DNA from: a virus
Length of the DNA: 46,966 bases
Virus record (IMG/VR): IMGVR_UViG_3300032204_000004
Direction: 5' to 3' (one strand)
Both the position numbers and the translations under genes were made by a program. Positions 34,738-41,521 of this stretch are shown here, piece after piece. How positions within the stretch are numbered: the stretch's first letter is position 1; every line of letters starts with the position of its first letter. The notes beneath the pieces were generated by a model that saw only the letters and a list, made by a program, of their open reading frames with translations, made no database searches and was not told where the DNA came from.

Positions 34738-35256
34738 TTAGCGCCAGTAGTCCTCATCAGCGCCACCACCAGCAAGCCACTCAGCATGGTTGGGGTAGCC
34801 ACTATAACTGTGCTTGGTAAAGTCCTTATCAGCTTCCGTCAGTTCGGAGTATCGACGCCCAGCGTAGGGCTTGCTCGGCGGCGGAGTAATAAGCGGCGCG
34901 GCCTCTGGGGGAGTCACCGGCGGCGTAGGGGTTACTGTGGTGGTGTTCGTGGATGGAACAAGGATAGCCAATACCTGAGCAATCTTGTTGCGTTCCGCAG
35001 AGAGCAGATCATCGGCTTCGATATTCCGAAAGCCATAGCTGTCGCGCTCCGCCTCCACAGAGCGCAGCTTTGCGTTGAGTTCATCAATTTCCTTGTTCTT
35101 ATCAAGGAGAGAGATTTCGGTGGACTGAACTTGCTTGGCGTAGTTCTCAACCATTGAGTTGAGGCGTTCAACCTCAGCTTCGAGACGAGTATTGGCTTCC
35201 ATCGCTTTGCCCGCTTCCGCAAAGGCCGCGATGATGTCTTGTGTGTTGATCGTCAT
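34738..35256 (-). CDS. hypothetical coiled-coil protein with Pro-rich C-terminal half
   Basis: Second ATG (35256) follows GGAGAA. The track start is 35268. Confidence 0.6.
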   Translation of the reverse strand: MTINTQDIIAAFAEAGKAMEANTRLEAEVERLNSMVENYAKQVQSTEISLLDKNKEIDELNAKLRSVEAERDSYGFRNIEADDLLSAERNKIAQVLAILVPSTNTTTVTPTPPVTPPEAAPLITPPPSKPYAGRRYSELTEADKDFTKHSYSGYPNHAEWLAGGGADEDYWR

Positions 35257-35339
35257 GGAGTTCTCCATTTAAGGGTTTTGCACCACAAGCAGCTTGCGAC
35301 ATATGCGCGTTGTGCCTGTCTTTGGCAAGGCAGTAATAA

Positions 35340-35380
35340 CCTTCAGGGCCGTGGGAGATATACTCCTCGGTGCCTGAAGG
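35340..35380 (-). promoter_or_regulatory. long imperfect hairpin in a 224-nt noncoding gap
   Basis: ccttcagg/cctgaagg (8 bp) + ccg/cgg + ggag/ctcc around the loop atata. No U-tract on either strand. Confidence 0.35.
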
Positions 35381-35492
35381 GACTTAGAGAACGGACTTGC
35401 GATCCTAGACTTGCCTCATCGGGTCTTGCGTGGGCCTAAACCCAGATCACCTCAGATAGCTGTCTATTGCTGGCAAGTTTGCCTAGAACGGA

Positions 35493-36107
35493 TTAGGCGT
35501 TCGCCTGAGCAGGCTTGGACTTGCGTCCCTTAACCTGACCAGCTTGCTTGGCAGACAGCGGCTTGTCCTTCTTGGCAGCCGCAGCCTTCGCTTCGTTCTT
35601 GGCAACGAGGCCAGCATCCTCGTGAACAAGCGACTTGATGTCGATTGCCACTGGAGCCTTCTCGCGTTCTGCCAAGTTTGCCGTAGCCTGTTCGATGAAC
35701 GACGGATTGGTGTTAACCAGTTCCTTCGCTGCTGCCGTGATCTCGGATGCCTTAACATTCGAAATCTTCATACCAGCGGCCTTGATAGCGTCCTTAACGG
35801 CGATACGCGCCAGACGCATAGCTTCGGTATTAACAGCACCGGACACCTTCGTGGCCTTGGCCTTACCGGAGAACTTGATGTCGCCCTTCATAACCTTTTC
35901 GAGGTTCTTCTGGGCGATTGCCATTGCTTCGGCCTTCACAGCGTCAGCAGAGCCAAGTTCCTTTTCGGTGACTTTCGTCATTCCGCGATTTACGAGTGTC
36001 TTGAGGCCCAGAAGGAGGGCTTCGGCGAACACGTCTTGGGGAATGGCGTCGGTGTCAATCTCCACCACGCCTTTGCCCTTAACCACGGGGACTTGCATAA
36101 TTGCCAT
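35493..36107 (-). CDS. Lys/Ala-rich protein with histone H1-like basic tail (possible DNA-binding protein)
   Basis: Track ORF 35493..36125 (TTG) trimmed to the first ATG. The C-terminus is AKNEAKAAAAKKDKPLSAKQAGQVKGRKSKPAQANA. Confidence 0.6.
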   Translation of the reverse strand: MAIMQVPVVKGKGVVEIDTDAIPQDVFAEALLLGLKTLVNRGMTKVTEKELGSADAVKAEAMAIAQKNLEKVMKGDIKFSGKAKATKVSGAVNTEAMRLARIAVKDAIKAAGMKISNVKASEITAAAKELVNTNPSFIEQATANLAEREKAPVAIDIKSLVHEDAGLVAKNEAKAAAAKKDKPLSAKQAGQVKGRKSKPAQANA

Positions 36108-36330
36108 TTGATTGATCTTTCGCAATTATCTTAACCTGAGTCAGTCAGGCGGCTGTTGGTGCGGATGCACCGTCTCGCGTCGTCATCATAGTGCTGAGGG
36201 TCATTGCGGCTTGCAGCGCAGAGGTCGCTATCTCCTATGATCTTTAACGTGAGGAATTAGATGGACTGATTTGGTATTGGCCTCATCAGATGGCGCATGA
36301 CGCCATGACCCTGCGGGGCAGGGTTTCGAC

Positions 36331-36507
36331 CTAAGCGGATAGGGTGGCTTCACTCTCCCGAACATAAACCGGCTTCTCGGTTCCGTTGTCCTTGCGAACC
36401 CAGACGATAGCCCAGCCAACAGGGATGGCAGAGCCGTGGGCTGAGGAGCGTTTACCGGATTTGTTATAGTCGCGGGAGAGAACGGGATGGGTTTGGGAGT
36501 AATTCAT
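36331..36507 (-). CDS. hypothetical small protein
   Basis: Track ORF trimmed to ATG 36507, 7 nt after GGAG. First gene after the promoter at 36537..36565. Confidence 0.55.
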   Translation of the reverse strand: MNYSQTHPVLSRDYNKSGKRSSAHGSAIPVGWAIVWVRKDNGTEKPVYVRESEATLSA

Positions 36508-36536
36508 GGAAGTCTCCAAGTTTGACTAACGTGGTT

Positions 36537-36565
36537 ATTATCTCACGGCGCGGTGCGGCTGTCAA
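36537..36565 (-). promoter_or_regulatory. sigma70-type promoter
   Basis: Minus strand TTGACA-gccgcaccgcgccgtga(17)-GATAAT. Confidence 0.65.
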
Positions 36566-36605
36566 CTGCGTTTGGCGCATGGCTGGTATGCGCCCAGCGC
36601 ATGGC

Positions 36606-36770
36606 TCAATCTCCACAATAGTGGTCAATCATCACAGTATCGTTGTTTTCCTCATGATTGTGGACCGCATACAGTGCTTCGGTGTATTCGCTATCTTCTG
36701 CATCCCATACCAAGACAACGGTATGGGATGGCATCTGTTGCAGCTTTGCGATTAGTTCTGCTACGGTCAT
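36606..36770 (-). CDS. hypothetical small protein
   Basis: Track ORF trimmed to ATG 36770 (ATGA overlap with the 48-aa ORF upstream). Confidence 0.5.
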   Translation of the reverse strand: MTVAELIAKLQQMPSHTVVLVWDAEDSEYTEALYAVHNHEENNDTVMIDHYCGD

Positions 36771-36913
36771 GCCTTCTCCTCCACTTTCAAATAATCCACA
36801 AGTTTCACATATTGGCCGTTGGCCTTCTTGATCCAAAGCTGGCCGTGGTAGGTGACGATGTGTGCGCCGAAGGGCAGGGCTTCAAGGCAACGGATTGCGA
36901 ATTTGGGTTTCAT
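36767..36913 (-). CDS. small ORF (48 aa) below the track threshold
   Basis: Hand translation: MKPKFAIRCLEALPFGAHIVTYHGQLWIKKANGQYVKLVDYLKVEEKA. GGAG upstream. ATGA coupling downstream. Confidence 0.5.
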   Translation of the reverse strand: MKPKFAIRCLEALPFGAHIVTYHGQLWIKKANGQYVKLVDYLKVEEKA

Positions 36914-36949
36914 GGGTTAGGCTCCAAGTTTGTGTTGCACTATCGGCAA

Positions 36950-37177
36950 TCAGTTTAACTCTTTCCGTTCAGCATCATTCCAACATTTGACATAGATGAT
37001 AGCGCGTTTGGTATAGATGGCTTTGCGACTGAGTAGTAATTCAGCTGCTTCTAGCATTTCAGGAAATAACTTAGAACTGATCAGCATATCATGTTTAAGC
37101 ATTGCTTTAACTACATCTGTTAAAGCAAAGTCTAACGTACATTCCGCAACAGTCTTAAACCCAAGTGGTTGGTTCAT
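36950..37177 (-). CDS. hypothetical small protein (AT-rich gene)
   Basis: ATG 37177 lies 5 nt after a perfect AGGAGG. The track start 37195 is the alternative. Confidence 0.6.
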   Translation of the reverse strand: MNQPLGFKTVAECTLDFALTDVVKAMLKHDMLISSKLFPEMLEAAELLLSRKAIYTKRAIIYVKCWNDAERKELN

Positions 37178-37191
37178 ATTAGCCTCCTGCC

Positions 37192-37407
37192 TCATTGCCT
37201 ATGGTGCAACGGAGTTTGGGTCGCCTGATCCATTTTCCCATCATACCACACACGCCGGTGATTGTCAACCACTATCTTCCACCGATTATTCCACGTCTGT
37301 CCCTCAAGGTCCCCTAGCGTAGTCCCTGATGAGTCCCTCATAGCCTGATTATCAAATCCAACCACATCCACCACACATTCCGCATGTTCGTCGGTTGGTC
37401 TGTCCAT
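37192..37407 (-). CDS. hypothetical protein, first gene of the leftward operon
   Basis: 71-aa ORF with a weak RBS, preceded by 400 nt of noncoding DNA. Confidence 0.5.
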   Translation of the reverse strand: MDRPTDEHAECVVDVVGFDNQAMRDSSGTTLGDLEGQTWNNRWKIVVDNHRRVWYDGKMDQATQTPLHHRQ

Positions 37408-37747
37408 CGCTTCGCGTGTGGTGTCCTCTGTCTGTTGTTCTAAAAAAAAAATGACTTACAAAGAAGATACACAAGGTGGACGACGGTGAACGACATACAC
37501 ACAACACACTCGCTGGTCGAACGAGACAACACGTCCAGATTTGCCAATCAGGCTATCAGGGGCGCTTGAGGGACCATGCTAGGGGATCATCAGGGGCCGT
37601 GCGGGCTGGCGCTTGACCGATTGCCAGATGCCCCGCCAAGCCCTTGAGAAGCCCGCCCATGCGCTTGCGCCCCGATCCAGCTACCCACCTACCTGCCCCG
37701 CCTTCGGCCTCTCCACGGCCCGGACATTTGGGGAACAAACCAAGGCA

Positions 37748-37783
37748 TATAAAAAGGGCGGCGAGTTTGCACCCACCGCCCTT
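37748..37783 (-). terminator. Rho-independent terminator (minus strand)
   Basis: Minus-strand RNA AAGGGCGG-(14 nt)-CCGCCCUU followed by UUUAU. The stem can extend through the loop with G-U pairs. There is no U-tract on the plus strand. Confidence 0.65.
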
Positions 37784-37806
37784 GAAACCCTAGCTATGTC
37801 TGAGGC

Positions 37807-38106
37807 TTAGACCGAACGGCCACTTGCCTTCTGTGCCGCGATGAAGTCCGCCAAGCTCTGTTTCGCTGGCTTCGCCTTAGCTGGCTTGCGATCATCATCC
37901 ACAATCGCAGCACTCAGCTTGCCGAAGTTGTATCCGAATACCATGCGCTTGCCGTCAGGCACATTTGCACCACACAGGCTCTCGAACGCTTCCCGTTGTG
38001 CTTTCATCTGGCGGTACATATCCTTGTATGCCTCATACGCCGCCTTCACATCCGCAGGTAGCGCATCAACATCAAGCTCGGTCCAAACCGCATCAGTCTT
38101 AGCCAT
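37807..38106 (-). CDS. hypothetical early protein in a stand-alone transcription unit
   Basis: ATG 38106 follows GGAGAG. 99 aa. A terminator lies immediately downstream. Confidence 0.65.
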   Translation of the reverse strand: MAKTDAVWTELDVDALPADVKAAYEAYKDMYRQMKAQREAFESLCGANVPDGKRMVFGYNFGKLSAAIVDDDRKPAKAKPAKQSLADFIAAQKASGRSV

Positions 38107-38165
38107 TCTACTCTCCATGTCCCGTAGGACGCTCTAGGCCGTGACACATCGCCATCGACCCGACC

Positions 38166-38195
38166 ACACTAACCCATGTTGCACCGCACCGTCAA
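38166..38195 (-). promoter_or_regulatory. candidate sigma70-type promoter for the 99-aa gene
   Basis: Minus strand TTGACG-18 nt-TAGTGT. Confidence 0.35.
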
Positions 38196-38434
38196 GTCAC
38201 GTTTTCGTGATCAATCAAATCAACGACTTACCGCGCCGCAGCTACCGCACCTGCGAGAAGCCATGCACCCGTCGCATATCTCCCATGCATTCCGCTCATA
38301 GCTGGCGGGGGTGGGCCAAAATTTTGCCGCTTGCCGTGTCGCATAGGCCTCCTCAGCAAAAATTATAAAATTTTGGAATCGGGAATAAAAAATATTTTTG
38401 TGGAAAATTTCGAACCGGGGCGAAAACATAGCGC

Positions 38435-38462
38435 TTGACAATCTTGCGAAGCCGTGTATAGT
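38435..38462 (+). promoter_or_regulatory. sigma70-type promoter of the rightward (late/structural) operon
   Basis: TTGACA-atcttgcgaagccgtg(16)-TATAGT, preceded by an AT-rich tract (38355..38412) that could act as an UP element. Confidence 0.65.
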
Positions 38463-38488
38463 GGGAGATAGGATAGGAGAAGTGTGTC

Positions 38489-38881
38489 ATGGAATTGGAT
38501 GGGTTTGTGGACATTAGTGCGGCGCTGCGTTGTGGTGTGTATGCGCTTGTCAAAGACGGCCGCATCATCTATGTCGGCAAGTCCAAGTCCATGTTGGGCC
38601 GCATCTACTCCCACAAGACCGCGAAGTCCAAGAAGAACCTTCCATCTTGGTTTCCGGTTAAGGGCCTGTCGTTCGATGAAGTCCACGTCCATCCATGCCA
38701 CCCAGACAACGTCGATGCGCTTGAGTACCAAATGATCAATCGCTACAAGCCGCGCTACAACACCCAACTCAAGAACGCGGTTAAAATCGACCAACCATTC
38801 AACATCCGGATCGGCGACCGAACCGTAACGTTGTGCGCTCCCCCGGCCCCTCAATCGACTGAGATCAATCGACGCATATGA
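38489..38881 (+). CDS. GIY-YIG nuclease
   Basis: GVYALVKDGRIIYVGKSKSMLGRIYSH (GIY...YIG...R..H) and EYQMINRYKPRYN (E...N). Confidence 0.7.
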   Translation: MELDGFVDISAALRCGVYALVKDGRIIYVGKSKSMLGRIYSHKTAKSKKNLPSWFPVKGLSFDEVHVHPCHPDNVDALEYQMINRYKPRYNTQLKNAVKIDQPFNIRIGDRTVTLCAPPAPQSTEINRRI

Positions 38882-39444
38882 GCCTCAATCGCGGACGCAT
38901 TGCAAAGCCTCTGGAGATTCGTGGGATTCGTGAACTTACCCGCGACGATCTCGGCTGCCTCCGCGAGAAGCGAGATGTTCAGGCGGTGGCGAAGTTGCGT
39001 CAGTCCCACCACCTCCTCGCTCGGCTCTTGGCTCTTGGCATCCGTCCCGAAGAAGCGGCCTACAAGTCAGGTTACTCGCTTTCACGCGTTTATGTCCTTC
39101 AAGCCGACCCGACGTTCAACAACCTTGTAACAGCCTATTCCAAGGATGTCGATGCGTCTTGGCGTGAAGCCACTGACGACTACGCGCAACTCGTCACCGA
39201 GAACATGATCCGCGCTGAGCGTATGATCTCTGACAAGCTCGACGAGGCTGAGGAAGAAGATGGTCCTAAGCTCTCGGTTCGGGAACTTGTAACCATCGGC
39301 CGCGATGCCGCAGACCGCATGGGCTATGGCAAAAAGACAACCAACACAAACCTCAATGTGGACCTTGCTGCCCGCATTGAGGGCGCGATCAAACGTAGCG
39401 GCAAAGTTATCGACGTAACTCCGCAAGTGGTTCGTCGTGTGTGA
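38878..39444 (+). CDS. putative terminase small subunit
   Basis: Lies upstream of terL. HTH-like segment GIRPEEAAYKSGYSLSRVYVL. 188 aa. ATGA coupling. Confidence 0.4.
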   Translation: MSLNRGRIAKPLEIRGIRELTRDDLGCLREKRDVQAVAKLRQSHHLLARLLALGIRPEEAAYKSGYSLSRVYVLQADPTFNNLVTAYSKDVDASWREATDDYAQLVTENMIRAERMISDKLDEAEEEDGPKLSVRELVTIGRDAADRMGYGKKTTNTNLNVDLAARIEGAIKRSGKVIDVTPQVVRRV

Positions 39445-39564
39445 TTGTGGGGTTTTCCTCCAAGTTTACCCCATAATGGGAGGCCCGGTTGATGGCTCGT
39501 ATGATTGAGGAACGGCGGTCATGCTTTGAGTCTCACCGGGCACTTTCGCATTTAGGGGCCTAAT

Positions 39565-41085
39565 GTGGATGATCGCCTAATCGAATGGCTTGCGGCATGC
39601 AAAGGCGATCCCCTAGCCTTTACGCTTGGCGCATATCCTTGGGGCGAACCCGGAACGGTATTGGAGAAGTTTGATGGCCCTGATCAATGGTCTAAAGACC
39701 TATTTGAACTCATCCGCCTCGGCCTACTTAATCCCTCAGAGGCAATTCAAATCGCAACTGCATCTGGCCACGGTATTGGTAAATCCGCTACAGTCAGTTG
39801 GATCATTCTCTGGGCATTTTGTACTTTCCCCGACACTAGAGGCGTCATCACAGCCAACACCGAAACCCAGCTAAAAACCAAAACATGGGCCGAACTCGGT
39901 AAGTGGTTCAACCTCTGCTTCTTCACCCGCGACCACTTCACCCTAACCGCCACCGCCCTATTCTCCAAAGACCCCGATCGTGAGCGCACTTGGCGCATCG
40001 ACATGATCCCGTGGTCTGAGAAGAACCCAGCCGCTTTCGCCGGTCTTCATAACCAAGGCAAGCGCATTCTGCTCATCTTCGACGAAGCCTCAGAAATCGC
40101 AGACATCATCTGGGAGACCGCAGAAGGCGCGCTCACCGACGATGACACCGAAATCCTTTGGCTCGTCTTTGGCAACCCAACCCGCAACTCCGGCCGTTTC
40201 CGTGAGTGCTTCGAAGGAGGCAGACATGCAGAGTTTTGGCAATCGAGACAGATCGACTCACGAGATGTTCGAGTCACAAACAAAGGCCGATTCGATAAAT
40301 GGATCAAAGCCTACGGAATCGATTCTGACTTTGTGCGCGTACGCGTACTTGGTCAATTTCCTCGTATCGGTGAAATGGAGTTCTTCTCCTCTGCTGACAT
40401 TGATGCTGCTATGTCTGCTGACCGTGAAGTATTCGTTGATGCTTTTACTCCTTTGGCCATTGGTGTGGACGTCGCGAGGTTCGGTTCCAACAATTCGGTA
40501 ATCTTCCCTCGCAAAGGAAGAGATGCACGTTCAATAAACCGCAAAGTTTACAACGGCATCAACACCGTCGAACTCGCCAACCGTGTTCACGACTGTTACA
40601 ACGAATGGCGCCCCGATGGAATCTTCATCGACGGAGGTGGCGTAGGTGGCGGCGTCGTTGACCAAGTCCGCAACCAGCGCCTCCATTGTATCGAAGTCCA
40701 GTTCGGTGGCAAAGATTCCATCACCGGCCTTACTGGCGACAATATGGGTGAGAAGTACGCCAACATGCGATCCGCAATGTATGGCGCCCTTCGTAGCTGG
40801 GTCAAATCAGGCGCGCTCCCTGCTGATGATACCCTCCGCACCGCAATGCTTTCGATCCGCTACACCTTCAACAAACGAGACGAAATCCAACTCGTCTCCA
40901 AAGAGGACCTTCTCGAAGATAACCCCGGCCTTATCCTCGACGACCTCGACGCTCTCGCCTTAACCTTCGGCGGCCCCCTCGCCAAGAACCGCAACGCTGG
41001 TGGTGAACACGCTGGCCTTCTTTCCAAGGCCGATGAATCCGAATACGAATACAACCCCTATGATGAAGAAAGGATGATTGCCTAA
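39565..41085 (+). CDS. terL: terminase large subunit
   Basis: TASGHGIGKSAT (Walker A-like), ILLIFDEASEI (Walker B), and a nuclease half with GVDVARFG. GTG start. Confidence 0.85.
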   Translation: MDDRLIEWLAACKGDPLAFTLGAYPWGEPGTVLEKFDGPDQWSKDLFELIRLGLLNPSEAIQIATASGHGIGKSATVSWIILWAFCTFPDTRGVITANTETQLKTKTWAELGKWFNLCFFTRDHFTLTATALFSKDPDRERTWRIDMIPWSEKNPAAFAGLHNQGKRILLIFDEASEIADIIWETAEGALTDDDTEILWLVFGNPTRNSGRFRECFEGGRHAEFWQSRQIDSRDVRVTNKGRFDKWIKAYGIDSDFVRVRVLGQFPRIGEMEFFSSADIDAAMSADREVFVDAFTPLAIGVDVARFGSNNSVIFPRKGRDARSINRKVYNGINTVELANRVHDCYNEWRPDGIFIDGGGVGGGVVDQVRNQRLHCIEVQFGGKDSITGLTGDNMGEKYANMRSAMYGALRSWVKSGALPADDTLRTAMLSIRYTFNKRDEIQLVSKEDLLEDNPGLILDDLDALALTFGGPLAKNRNAGGEHAGLLSKADESEYEYNPYDEERMIA

Positions 41086-41333
41086 TGGCCGATCCTGTAA
41101 CCCTAGCTGGTCTCGCTCTTGCTGGCGGAGGTCTCGCCTCCCTAGCCGGGTCCTCTGGGGCTGGTGTGTCCACGCCCCCAACGCCCTCCGCACCAGCCCC
41201 AATGGCACCACCACAACAGACCGCGCCGGTAGGCTCCAAGCCTCAGCCACAGTCCCAGCAACCCTCTTTCATTGGTGCTAGCGCTGTACCATCAGCGGGC
41301 GCCTTTGGACAGAAGAGCCTTGTGGGCCAATAA
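41085..41333 (+). CDS. hypothetical small protein, hydrophobic N-terminus and P/Q-rich tail
   Basis: TAATG coupling. 82 aa. Confidence 0.5.
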   Translation: MADPVTLAGLALAGGGLASLAGSSGAGVSTPPTPSAPAPMAPPQQTAPVGSKPQPQSQQPSFIGASAVPSAGAFGQKSLVGQ

Positions 41334-41521
41334 TGGCAATCGTTCCCTTCACTCCGCAAACCCAGCCATCAGCAATGGATGTGCCTTCTGGCTCTGGACA
41401 AGCCCCTGATAGCGCGTTCATGCTGATGGCTGCGGCCCAAATGCATGGTGAAGGTCGTCTTGTAGATTCAACCGAAAAACCAAAACCCAATGGCAAAGCC
41501 TCTCACTCCCGGCGAGTATAA
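41333..41521 (+). CDS. hypothetical small protein
   Basis: TAATG coupling. 62 aa. Overlaps the portal start by 32 nt. Confidence 0.45.
   Translation: MAIVPFTPQTQPSAMDVPSGSGQAPDSAFMLMAAAQMHGEGRLVDSTEKPKPNGKASHSRRV

Noticed and set aside
35544-36134. 196-aa and 158-aa plus-strand ORFs opposite the Lys/Ala-rich gene.
   Set aside because: GCN/AAR-rich genes generate long open antisense frames. These use TTG starts without an RBS.
36055-36135. When I hand-translated across 36060/36061, I obtained a 1-nt register difference from the ORF track. Ends came out at 36112, 36126 and 36135 instead of 36111, 36125 and 36134. The register agreed again by 36228.
   Set aside because: This is most likely my own counting or reading error. 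The track ORFs are internally consistent, so I used the track coordinates. If it were real, it would imply a frameshift in the Lys/Ala-rich gene.
36308-36324. Hairpin ACCCTGC-GGG-GCAGGGT just downstream of the 58-aa gene.
   Set aside because: It is a 7-bp stem with no U-tract on the transcribed (minus) strand. It might be a weak pause or stability element, but the evidence is insufficient to call it.
37442-37451. A10 (minus-strand T10) run as a terminator tail or promoter element.
   Set aside because: No GC-rich hairpin precedes it on the minus strand, and no properly spaced -35/-10 pair can be built around it.
37556-37810. 60-aa (minus) and 65-aa (plus) ORFs in the GC-rich noncoding region.
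   Set aside because: They have no RBS, a GC-driven Gly/Ala/Pro/Arg composition, and they overlap each other and the terminator. I treat the region as noncoding.
38220-38441. 73-aa minus-strand ORF with CDGC...CGSC, spanning the AT-rich control region.
   Set aside because: It has a TTG start inside the -35 box of the rightward promoter. Its first half is poly-F/I/N from the AT tract, and it has no RBS. The CxxC pairs are probably chance.
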